Below, piece after piece: positions 31,888 to 43,628 of a stretch of 64,000 bases of DNA (position 1 is its first letter; each line of letters starts with the position of its first letter). Position numbers and translations under genes: made by a program. This DNA is from Blastocladiella emersonii ATCC 22665 (taxonomy: Eukaryota > Fungi > Blastocladiomycota). The DNA is taken from contig JANHCV010000003.1 of NCBI GenBank assembly GCA_025594325.1, positions 2,356,001 through 2,420,000 on the forward strand, given 5' to 3'. The notes beneath the pieces are model-generated. The model had not been told where the DNA came from. It made no database searches and worked only from the letters and a program-made list of their open reading frames with translations.

Positions 31888-33753
31888 TCATATCGACGAC
31901 GTGTCGTACATGCCTTCGCGCATCAGCCGTGGCCATAGGGTCACGCGGCTCGCCGGCCCATACTCCTCGCGCGCGGCCTGGATCCGCTTCGCCTCCGCAG
32001 ACTCGCTCGACTCGGCGTCGGTGTCGAACCAGCGGTAGACGGCGCCCTTGACGAGACTGCCGGAAGCGGAGCTCGACGCCGTTTCGCCGCTGAGCTTGGC
32101 CAGGTGCAGGAGCAGCGCGGGCCGCTTGGCCTTGACGACGTCGAGGTGCTCGTTCAGCCGCTGCGTCGTGCACTCGAGCTCGGTCTGCAGCTGCGCGATG
32201 CTCTCGGCGAGGTGGGCCTTGGTCAGGTCGTCGCCGACCTCGGTCAGATGAAACGAGAGGAACGCGCATGTGCGGTACTTGGAGTGCTCGGTGATGGTGA
32301 GCCGGAGCCCGCGGCGCGGGCAGTGCGCGGACCCGAACCCGGTGCCCGTCGCATCCTCGCTGGTCGCCTGCGCCTGGATCGAGTACCGGCCCTTGGAGTG
32401 CGACTCGCGGATGCATGCCGAGATCACGCCCACGAACCCGCCGAGGCCTTCGTCTGGGAGGAACCCGAACGCGGGGAGCCCGCCGTGGTCGCGGACCAAC
32501 ACCCGCCACCGCTCCCGGTCAATGTCCTCGGTCGCCATGAGGAACAGCGGGTCGCCTTGCGCGGCGATGGCGAGCCGGAAGCGCGGCTCGACGGCGGAAG
32601 TCTTGGGCTCGCTCGCGGACCGAGTTGGGGTGAAGGCGAGGATGCGGAACTCGAGCCGCGGAGGCAGCTGATCAGGGACGGGATCGGCGAGCAGCAGCGG
32701 CATGGCGAAGATGACCTCTACAAATCGCGACAAGAGCGTGAGTACTGGCCCGCTCGGATTCGTGGTTAGGAAACGTTCGTACGCTTGTTATGCCAGTCGG
32801 TCTTGTCAAAGAGTCGAGCAGCGGCAGGGATAGACGGCGAAGGCGGCTCGCTTCGGTCACACACCACGTTGAGAGCCACGCGCGTCGACTCGAACCACCG
32901 TTGCGCCTTGGTCGATTGCTTTTGCGTCGAAGAGATGGACAGGAGCAAGGTAGGCGCGTGCACCTGGATCACGTTGAGTAGTCGAGCGAGTCGAGCGCGC
33001 GCCTGGTCCACGCGTTCCTACGAGGCACTCGAGGGTGAGTGGGTGGGTTCATCGCAGGGGGATTGGCGGCACCTACCCGGAGTACTGCATGTGACGCGAT
33101 GAGCGAGCCCTTCATCTCTTCCCACCGCGACGGTCGAAAATCGAGCGAGATAAGCGGGACTGTTCGGACGCGCGAGAAGGTCTCCGTGAAGACGAGCGAG
33201 CAGATGCCCTCGCGCTCGTACATGAGGAGCTTGGCTTGGTAGCTAGATCGCACAAGCGTCAGTGGAAGTCCGACATTGCCCAGCAACAGATGACGTGCCA
33301 GTCCGGGTCGCTCCGACACTGCTCAACGAGCTCACATAGCAGCTTTCCGAAGTTGCGGAACCCCTCCTCACCCTTTAGATTGAGCGACTGGGACTCGCAG
33401 AGCGTGCGGAAGCTGAAGGGAGTGCAGAGGAAAGTGTAGTTCCAGAAAAAGTCGTCGGCGCGAGCGAGCTGCACCGGGTAGTACTGCGGGAACTCGCAGT
33501 TGGTCTAGAATCGTGTACGCGAGAGTTAGCCTCGAGCGTGTGAAGCCACCCAAGCGAGGCGTACCAGATAGCCAACGTCAATGGTGAACGCCTCGCGGCG
33601 CCGTTTGGACTTGCTCTCCGCCGAGCCCATGAACGGGAACTCGTGGACGTCGACGTCGATACGATACAGTCGCCTTGGAGGCACTATGTGGACAAGAGCA
33701 CTCACTGTTGAGCGTGTGCCTCGCAGCAATCAAAGATGACCATTACGGCGTAC
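31888..33753 (-). CDS. SAS6L: SAS-6-like (SAS6L) protein with two tandem SAS-6 N-terminal head modules, multi-exon
   Basis: Module 1: ADDFFWNY...LCESQSL...LVEQC...VFTETFSRVRTVPLISL...VIQVHAPTLLL. Module 2: QGDPLFL...ACIRE...ITEHSKYRTCAFLSF...HLAESIAQL...VVKAKRPALLLHL. Both resemble the SAS-6 head (TDDTDPFFLY...VVETNPFKHLTHLSL) with only short coils. Confidence 0.65.
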
Positions 33754-34165
33754 CAAACGCACGGCCGCGGTTCGCCTGATGCACCGTCAGCGTGTGCTTG
33801 GCTTCTGAGAGAGTTTTGAAGAATGCGACATCCCGCCTGGCAAAAGTCGAGACGCCTGCCCCGCGATCCCGCCTCACAGGGCCTGCGTGGGCTGAACCGG
33901 ACTTGATACCCGCCGCCGGCCGAGTCGCGACCTTCATTGTGTATGCATGTGGTGACTTTGACATTTTCAGCATAGCGGAGGGACAGGGTGGCGCAGCTGT
34001 TCGCGGCGCGCGGGTCGAGGGTCGCGACTTTTCGACGCGTCGCGCAATCATGTGAGCCCTCGTGATGTCTCGCAGCGGATCTTGTCTCCGCTTTTCGCGG
34101 TTCGCGCCCACCCCCTCTGCAACCACCCACTTCATGTAACTTTGTGGGCGCCGCGACTTGGCGCA

Positions 34166-35162
34166 ATGGACATCCCGGCTCGCGTTGACGAAGATCTCTA
34201 CCTCGGCTCGTTGACTTCGCTCGAATGGGATGGGCTCGAGCGCGAGTACGACATTCGAGCCCTTCTGAGCATGGTTCCTGTGCCAGACGCGTGTTCGATC
34301 TCGGAAAAGAAAGTCATTGCCATCGACGATGTACCTGAGCAGGACCTCCTCTCGCACCTCAACGAAGCGCTCGAGTTCCTGCGCGAAGCCAAGGCGCAGT
34401 CGACGCCTCTACTTGTCATCTGTGCAGCCGGCGTGTCTCGATCTGCGTCTGTCGTTGCTGCCTCCCTTATGGCTTCTCATGGACTCTCGCTCGACGAGGC
34501 CCTCATGAAGATCCGGTCAGTTCGGCCGGAAGTTGGGTAGGTACGTCAGCGCCGTCCAATCACCCGAACCGAGCACTTTCTCACACCGATACACGCTGCT
34601 CAGACCTAACCCGGGATTCCTCTACCAGCTCCACGTGTTCCAGCAGCTTCTCGCTTCCACACCGGGATCACCGATCGTGTCGCCGCGCCATCCGCTGGTC
34701 CAGCACACCAAGGCGCTACTCGCGGCCCAATCGCTTCACCCGAGCTCACTCGTCTTCCCGTCGGACTTGACTCCGTCGCCGCACTTGCTCGAACTGCAAC
34801 AGTCGACTTGCATGTTCACTTGCGCCTCATGCCGCAGCCCGGTCTTCACTTCCGCTCACGTCATGCCGCACGAGCACGCGAAGGGGTGCCGGTTCGAGGC
34901 CGCGTCGACCCTTTCCATCTTCCCGCCGACCTGGATGACGCAGCGGCTGGCTCGCGGCGATCCCTCAACGTGGACGGGAAAGCTTTCGTGCCCATGGCCG
35001 GCGCGATCCAGCAGTAAGACCAAGCCGGCGTCGTGCCTTGCCCAGCTGGGTCACTTTTGGTGGACGCGGTCACCGTGTCCTGGCGGTTGCGATTCGAGCA
35101 GCGTTCCCCGCGTGATCGTTCGCCGTGCGGCTGTGCTCGAGCCTATCGGTGCGAACATCTAA
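34166..35162 (+). CDS. YVH1: Dual-specificity phosphatase with C-terminal zinc-binding domain (Yvh1/DUSP12-like), 2 exons
   Basis: LYLGS, IDDVPEQDLLSH, VICAAGVSRSASVV, PNPGFLYQL, then CASCR...GKLSCP...C...LGHF.W...C. Confidence 0.8.
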
Positions 35163-35345
35163 TAGACGGACACAAACGTCTCCCTTCTAAGAGAGAACGC
35201 CCATCGAGGGACTCGCTTTGCAAGAACACGCGAGACGCGACGCGACGCGTCCTGTTGGGAGACATGTCACTGCCTGTGATCCGCCAACCAGCTTCAACCC
35301 CGTACCTTTCTCAACCCGAACAATAAACATCTCAATGAATAGCCA

Positions 35346-38300
35346 ATGAAGGGCCTTTGCTATCCGACTCGCTGCAATGTGCGAGGCGGCCTCCTGTACT
35401 TCTCGCTGTGGGTCGTGGCCATGGCCATCGCCGCGCGGCCTGCCGGTGCCGAGCTGGTCTTCGCAACTTCGGCCGACCTGTCTGCCTCGTCGGCGCGCAC
35501 CGTCACCTCCTACCACAATGGGATCCGCCTCGCGTTCGCCGAGATCAACGCGGCAGGCGGCTACCGCGGCGAGAACCTGACGTACATCGACCTCGACGAC
35601 GCGTACAACGTGACGCGCGCCGTGGCCAACGTCAAACGTTTGCTCACCAGCTACAACTTGACTGCGATTCTCGGACCCTCCGTGCGTGCGTGGTTCTGCA
35701 ACCTCATCGAAAGTTGTCGTTGACAACCGCTGACCTCGAACCGTGTAGGGATCGTACGTTTACGCGTGCTCGTCACGATGGGCGCCGACTTAACCGTGCC
35801 CTGTGTAGCGACTCGGTAACCGCGTGCCTGCCCTACGCGCGAAACGCGTCGGTCCCGATGCTCTCGCCCATCACGGGCGCGATCGCGTTCCGCTCGCCGT
35901 ACGAGAAGTTTGTCGTCAACATCATGGCCGCGTACCGCGACGAGATGTTCGTCATGGTCCGGTATGCGGTCACGGCGCTCATGCACAAGCGCATCAGTAT
36001 CATCTACGAGAACTCGGGGTTCGGTAGGCCGCCGGCGCAGGCGGCCATGGCCATGCTCGCACAGCTCGGCGTCACGGCGCACACGGTCGGCGTCTACACG
36101 CAGAACTCGTACGACGTGACCGCGGCCGTCGAGTCGCTCTTCGCCAAGCCGTTTCTCCCGCAGTCCGTGATCTACGTCGGGCAGAGCGGGCAGCTCGGAT
36201 GTACGTGGCCGCCGCACAAGCTCGAAATGGGCGGGACTGACGATGTTCCGCGCTCGTAGTGATCGTCAAGGCGTACCAGGACCGGACCGCATACCCGACC
36301 AAGTTCATCGGCGTGTCTGTCGCGTACATTCCCGAGATCCGCGACCGAGCTGGGCCCAACGTCAACTACTCGAACGTGCTCCTCACTCGCTTCACGCCCG
36401 ATCCGCTTGACAACTCGTTCACGCTGAGGTGCGTCGCTCGACTTGGACATGGCCGCCCGCCACTGACATCTCGCTGCCTCGTGTAGCGTTCGATACAACG
36501 CAGCGAGGGCACGTTTCGCGCCATCATTGGATCCCGACTTCAGCCACATTCTCGGCTACCTCACGGGCTACTTTGTCCGCCAGGTCCTGACGCGCCACGA
36601 CTCGAGCCAGCCGGTGACGCCCGCCTCGTTCCTCGACATCGTGTACTCGACGTCGGTCTTCAACGTCATGGGCCTGATCGTCGGCCCGTTCGTCGACGAA
36701 CCGAGCTCCGCGGCCGCGTCGTGCAACCAGGGCCTGCGGCAGGTGTGGCTCGTCCAGCTGACGAACACGAGCTGGGTCACACCCAAGGACGCGGGCACCG
36801 TGGCCGCGACCGCGCCGTGGGCGTCGTGTATGGCCAGCGTCACCAACCTCAAGCCGAGCATTCTGTGGGGCCTCGGGATTCCGCCGAGCGAAACGAGCCC
36901 TGAAGCGCTCGACTTTGTCGCTGGTGTCCGCCTCGCACTTGACTACTCGAACCAGGCGCTTGGCGGCGTGCATGGTATGTCGACGTTCCTCGCGTCGCCG
37001 GACTGGAGCGGCCGGCTACTGCGCGGTGTCAACCCGTACTACGCCTCCAACTCGTCGGCCGCGACCCTTGACCCCGTGTCCAAGTTCTTCGAGGAGTTCT
37101 CGGCGACCGGCATCCTCGGACTCTCGCTCGCATCCATCGGCAACACGGCCAACGGTCTCGCCCCGCTGCTCGCGAGCCTCGACGGCCGGCCCGTCGTTGG
37201 CGTGCTCGGCGGCGATCCGGCCCTGTACGCGCAGCCGGCCCAGACCCAGCTCGTCCCGCACCGGTCGTCGTACCGCCTCGACTACTTCGCGCTCCTCGAC
37301 GCTCTCAAACTGCACTACAACTCCACGCGCGTTGGCCTGCTGTGCGTCGTCGGCACCTCGTGGCGACTCAACGCGGCGTGCGACGAGGCCCGCGCCGCGT
37401 TCGCGCTGCTGGACCAGGTCCCCGCGTTCGTGAGCCGCATCTCGCTTCCGCCGACTGCGAGCCAGCTTCTCTCCATCCTCAACAACCCGGACCTGCAGGA
37501 CGACGAGGCTCTTAACACGCCGGTCGCTGCTGTGTTGTACGTCGGCCAAGACCCGACCAGCCTCGAGACGAGTATGCGACAGGCCGCACGGTTCGGGCAC
37601 GCCGACCTCGTGTGGGCCGTCGGGTCGTACATGAACACGACCGTCTCGCTCGCTGACTTTTCCACGCACCCGCTCCTCTCGACCTCGGTCACGCCGCCGC
37701 GAGCGGTGGCCAGCGACTACCCCGAGCTGTTCGGCGCGTTCGACGCGGCGGCAGCCCAGTTCCTCGGCGGCGCGACCAACTCGTCCGGGATCCTGCAGGG
37801 CTTCATCGCGGGCAGTTTGGCGGTGCAGGGCCTCGGGCGCATGTCGATGCCGTACGCCGGGCCCGAGTTCGTCCGGCAAACCGTCTTCTCGCAGCAGCTC
37901 CAGGTCTACTCGCTGCAGCTCGGCCCGTACCTCGCCGCCGACGGGTGCACGGCCGACGCTACGGGCGCTTGCGCATGGTGCCGCCAGGGCACGTCGAGCG
38001 TGTTCGTCGTTCCGAGCACGGGTCTCCCGTTCGCCTCGGTCTCTTCGCACTCGTACTCGAACTGCGGCGCGCCAGCGACTCGGCTCAGCCGCGCGACGCG
38101 GTCCGAGTGCGCTGTGCGGATGCGGTACGGGCTCAGCGTGTGGGCGGACCTCGACCGCGCGATCCGGTTCGACTCGGGCGGCGCGTGGTTCTACACGGTC
38201 GCCGTGCTGCTCGTGTGTGCCTCGGCGACGTTGTCCTCGCTCGCCGCGCTGTGGCACGAGTACCGCCATCTGTGGAGCCGACGCGCCGTCAAGAAGCCGT

Positions 38301-40076
38301 CCAAGCTCAAGGCGGCGCTGCTGCGGCCTAACCTCGCCAACCGACTCGCGCTGTTTATGATTCTCTCGGACGCGGTCGAGTTCTCGTTTCTCTTCACGGT
38401 TCGCCTTCATCTCCTTGATGTTCCAGACCGCGGCGCTGATGCGCATTTGCTCGCTTGTAGTTTAGCGAGATCCCGTGGGTCAGCGCCCTACTCGACGTTG
38501 CGTTCCCGAGCTGGCGCCGCGTGAGCGTCATGTCGCTCAACTGGCTCGGCATGGCCGCAGCGCTCCTCTGGCTGCTCCTATCCGTCGCCTTCCTGCACGC
38601 GCCGACCATGTCGGTGCTGCAGCGGCGGTCGCCGTGGCTCATTTCCGCGGGCAGCCTGCTGCTGCCACTAATCGGCAACGTGGGCCTCGTCCTTGTCGTC
38701 CAGTACCTCATGGGCGCGTTCCGCATCGTGTGCACGGCCAACAAGTGCTTCCTCTTCATGGACTGCGTCGGGCTCGCGTGGACGCCGAGCCACTGGGCCG
38801 CGGCCATCGTGTCCATCATCCTGCTCCTCGCGTACGTGCCCATGGTCACCATGTGCAGCCAGGTCTGGCAGCGGCTCCAGGACGGGCTCGACCTCCAGGT
38901 CAAGGCGTGGATGAACGTGCTGTCCAACTTTGTCCGCGTCGTTTTCGCGCTCGTTCCCGTCATCTTCACCCGGCTCACGCTCGCGGCCGCTGTCGCAAAC
39001 CTCGCGCTCAACGCGGCGCTCGTCGTCATCGTGCTGCTCGCGAACCCGACGCGGTACTCGTGGTACCCGATCCTCAAGGGTATGTACGCATTCCATGCTC
39101 CACGACCTTGACTATCAACTAACACGGCCGTGTAGTCACCGGCCTCCTCATCTCCTGCTCGACCGCGGCCGTGATGCTCAGCACGTTCGTCCTGCGCACG
39201 GCGGACCCGCTCCCACCCGTGCTCGCGCTCATCGTCTCGTGGTTCGCATGTACCGCGCTCGGCCTCGCCATCTTCCGCCGCCGCCACGCGCGCATCTTCC
39301 AGCCAGCCCCGCAGGCGCCGTACAGCCGCGCGGCGCGCTTCGCCAAAGTCTTCCGCGCGCGGTTCCAGACGTCCAAGTCCAACAGCCTCGGGTCGCAGGG
39401 CTCGGACGAGATCGGGAACGCGACGGCCGTGGCCACGGCGAAACGCATGCACGTGCGCTGGATCGTCGAGCTCGAGCAGGCGGGCAAGCTGTCGCGGCCC
39501 GAGGCGACGTGGCTCCTGCTCGACGCCGAGCGCGGCGGGCTCGGGCTCCTGTCGCACCTCGGCGTCGGCGAGGGCGCGACGCGCGATGCGTTCGAGACCG
39601 CCGTGTTCACGGAACCCGTCCTCGCCGTCGTCCGCCGCCAGCTCGCGGCCGTGGACGCGAAACCGGCGATCGCCGTGGCGCCCGATGGCGGCGGCAGCAG
39701 CAGCGAGCCCGCTCCGTCAACAACCCTGAGCGACTCGCCAGCATCCTCGTCGCGGCACGTCGGCGCGATCCTGGCCACGGGCAACGGCACGAGCAGCCGG
39801 CGCGGCAGCGCGGCGTCGATGGGCGGCGAACTGCTCCCGCCGCCAACAACGAGCCGGCGCGGCAGCGCAGCGACGATGGGCGGCGGCGGTGGAGGACTGC
39901 TCCCGCCAACGACGAGCCGGCGCGGGTCGCTGCTGGTCCCGAGCGAGCTCGTGGCCATCACGGAGCTCGCGGCCGCGGCGCAGATCACCGCGTCGCTGAG
40001 CCGGTCGCTACGGAGTATCCCGCTCGTGTCGACGCCCATCGACGAGGCGCCCGAGCAGGCCGCGGGAGTGGGTTGA
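35346..40076 (+). CDS. Receptor-like membrane protein: signal peptide, two type-1 periplasmic-binding (Venus flytrap) domains, about 9 TM helices, cytoplasmic tail
   Basis: NGIRLAFAEINAAGGYRG...DLDDAYNVTRAVANVKRL...SPITGA; second lobe FVAGVRLALDYSNQALGGVHG; hydrophobic helices between 38180 and 39270; GT-AG introns link the ORF pieces. Confidence 0.7.
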
Positions 40077-40173
40077 TTGGACATGCGTGCGAGTGCGTGC
40101 GTCCGCCCAGAAATGGATATACATTTACACAGACAGATCGCCTATCAATCAACCGCTCAGCGTCGTGCGCTCG

Positions 40174-43100
40174 TCACGACCCAGCATCACCGCCATCTTC
40201 CCTCGCCTCTTCGATTCCCGCGTTCGGGTGCGCCGCGGGCGACGGGGACGGCGGCGCGGTTCCCGAGTCGTCATTCGCCGTGGCAGCAGCGATGAACGCC
40301 GCGACAGGTGCTGCGGGGGATGGGGACGGCGTGCCTGGCGCACTCGGTGGCGCCGTCGCATCGGGCGTTGCCACCGCGGCGGACGCAGCAGCAACGGAGG
40401 AAGCCGAAGCGGCGGCACCGACTACGTCCTCGAGCAGCGTCACGTTGATCCGCTTGGACCGCAGCGGCGAGATGTGGCCGTGCTGGACGGCCTCCTGGAC
40501 GAGGTTGGACTCGGGCCGGCGCTTGAACACAAGCCGCTTCTTGGACGTGAGCAGCGGGGCGCCGGGCGGGACGACCGAAGTCGACGAGGATGCGGAGCTG
40601 TCGCTGCCCGAAGCTGACGAAGAGACGGACGTGGCGCCGCCCGTCCTTGCGACCTTGGTCGGCCGCCCGTTATCCGCCTTGAGCTTCTTCTTGCCGCCGA
40701 ACACGGGCGCGACGCCGTCATCCTCGTCGGCGCTGTCGCCGTCCGCGTACCGCACGAGCGCCATGCGCTTGACCTGGTGCGGCGTCGGCGTCGCCGTGTG
40801 CACGAGCTTGGCGAGGTCCGCGACTATTGGCGGCTGCTGGCCCACCGCACCCACGGCGTCCGTCGAGGAGGAGGCGCCGGGCGTGTGCACGGCATCGGGC
40901 ATCTCGACGTCGCCCGCGGCTCGCTGCGGCGTCGTGGGACCCGCGGCCGCGGCGTCGTCGACGGCGGGAGAGCCGACGGTCTCGTCGCTCGCTAGGGACA
41001 GGGAGAGGGTCCGGTTGCTCGTAGGCGTCACGGACGCGGACGAGGGTGCGGACGTGGGCGGGTCGACCGACGTCGTCTCAGCGGCCACGGGCGCCGCGTT
41101 CTCGTCAGCGCCGCCGATCCCCGACGAGGACGACGCGGCCTCGGGCTCGCCGTCCGTCTCATCGTCAAGATCGAGGTCGTCGTCATCATCGTCGCCGTCG
41201 ATCCCGGGCAGCTGCACGCGGCCGCCGGCACGGGGCCCGCCCGCCGACCGGGCGCCGCCGCGGCCCTTGGTGACGCGTTTGACGAGCGAGGGTGCGTACG
41301 GGATATGCGGCGCGATGGGGCGGACGGCGGACGCGACGAGGTTCGACAGGATGCGGGCGTTGGCGGCGGCGGTGAGCGCGGACCCGGGCCCGGCGCGCGC
41401 GGCGACGGCGGCGCTGGCGGTGAGCGCAGACTCGAGGAACTCGAGCGCGGCCGAGTTGACGAGGTTGTACCGGCCCTGCGTCAGCAGCACCGCGTCGACG
41501 ATGGCGGGCACGAGCCGGTGCGACGCGATCAGCGACGTGTAGCAGTCGTCGCCGAGCTGCGCCACCGTGCGCACGAACCGCACCACGGCCAGCTGGATGT
41601 GCTTGTGCGTCGACGTGAGCAGCGCGCGGAGCCACGCGACGGGCGATTTTTCAGACGCGGTCGCGGCCGCGGCGATGGCGGCGGCGCCCGTCAGCACGGG
41701 CGGCGAGCCGAGCACCGTCTCCCAGAACCGCTGCGGGTGCGTCTTGAGGAGCAGGTGCCACAGCTCGACGATCTGGTACACGCGCTCGACCTCGCCCGCG
41801 GGCAGCGTGAGGACGGGGCACGTGCCGGCGATCCCGGCGACGGCCGTCATCTGGACGGTGCCCGCGGCGACGGCGGCTCGCGCGACGCGCGAGATCTCAG
41901 CCGCGACCGCGCCGTAGAACATGGTCTGGAACGCGTCGTACGCGGGCGTAATGTGCGGGACCATACCGATCCCGGACGCGCCCGACTCGCTGGCGCTGAG
42001 GCCGAGCAGGCCCGCGCTCGGGCCCGGGATCGTCTCGGGCTCGAGCAGCGCCATGAGCGTATCGACGGCGGACTGGACCATGCCGGGCTCGCGCTCGGCG
42101 GCGACGCGCGTGACGAGGGCGTGGACGGGCGAGTTGCCCGTGGACCGGAACTGCGCGAGGCACGCGTCCTGGAGCGGGCGCCGCTGCACGTCGAGGGCGC
42201 CGGCAATGAACTCGCCGGCGGCCTGGCGCGCGTCGTCGTCGTTGGCGCCAAGCGCGCCCGTCAGCCCGCGCACCAGCGTGCCGCCGGCGAGCAGCGCGCT
42301 GTACACCTCGTTGGGCCGGATCTCGGGACACTGCTTGGTCATGATGGCGAGTTCCTTGAGGAACAGCGCGGCGTGGCGGCGGCGCACGCGCGCGGCGGCG
42401 CGCTCGGTCGGGTCCGTGATCGAGTTGGGCGCGTCGAGCACCACGGCGAGCTCGGTCGGCAGGCCCGGCGTCATGATGAGGCGGCGCAGGATCGCCGAGT
42501 AGTGGCCGCGGATCGAGTCGGACAGGCAGTTGAAGACGGGGTCGTCGAGGTACCGCGCCACGACCACGTCCTTGAGGTACGCGAGCCGGTACGCGCGGCC
42601 GGCGAGCGTCGCGAACGACGGCGCGGTGCTGTTCATGCCGGGCGGCAGCGTGGCGAGGCACTCGAGCACGGGCACGAACTGGGCCTGGCTGCGCATGAAG
42701 GCGCGGAAGGTGCCGGGCAGGCCCGACACGGACGGGTCGTACTCGAGCATGCCAAGCAGGTCGAAGAAGAGCGTGTCCGAGACCAGCGTGTTGAACAGGC
42801 TCGCGTCGCCGGCCAGGACAATGTGCTTGACGATCCCGAACAGCACGGCGAGGTCGTCGGTGGCCTCGAGGTCCTCGAGGCGGTGGAACACGTCAGCGAG
42901 CTTGGCAACGTAGTCGGTGTCGAGGACAAACGAGTTGAGCCGCTCGGGCCCGGTGCGCAGGCGCATGATCTGGTTGACCGTGTTGAGCACGGACTGCAGG
43001 TTGCCGCACGTCGGGTCGGGCAGAAGCGGCATGCCCGTGCCGTTGGCGGCGAGCGCGCCGGCCGCGGACCCGAGGCTCATGACCGTGTCGTCGAGCATGT

Positions 43101-43628
43101 CGTCGGACGCGCCGCCCGACTCGAAGCCCGACAGGAACCCGTTGGCGCCGGCAGCGCCGGGCGCCGCGGCACCCCCACCGGCGTGCAAAATGGCCTTGTG
43201 CAGGACCTCCCACACGAGGTCGCACCCCTCGGCCTCCTGGAACGACACGGCCCAGTCCTCGTTGTTGGGCTCGGTCCACACGATCAGGGTGCCCTCCTGG
43301 CGCTGGTAGTGGATCTCGGGGCGCACCTGGGTGTCGAGCAGCGTCTCGTGCGGCTCGAGCTCGGACGCGACGTGCATGCTCATGGCGCTGGTGCTCTGTG
43401 TGGGGGGCGGGCGCGAGGTTAGTGGGAGGGCGTCGATTGTGGAGCGCAAGGGTAGAGCCGTACGGGGAGGACGGGCAGCGTGATGTGGCCGGTGCCCTTG
43501 TCGACCCACTTGTCCTCTTCCTCGAGAAGGTAGACCTTGACGCGGCGGCGGCTCGGCTCGGCGGCAATGACCGAGGCCGCGGCCGCGGTGATTTCGGCGT
43601 GGCCGTCGTCGGCGGCGGTGGCAGTCAT
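40174..43628 (-). CDS. PSY2: Protein phosphatase 4 regulatory subunit 3 (Psy2/SMEK/PP4R3), 2 exons
   Basis: RRRVKVYLL..DKWVDKGTGH, YQRQEGTLIVWTEP..WAVSFQEAEGC (EVH1-like); GMLEYDP, YRLAYLKDVVVARYLDD (SMK-1 domain). Confidence 0.92.

Noticed and set aside
1-33753. Possible flagellar gene cluster (TTLL9, Tctex, SAS6L)
   Set aside because: Genes are separated by 30 kb and unrelated loci; no evidence of clustering.
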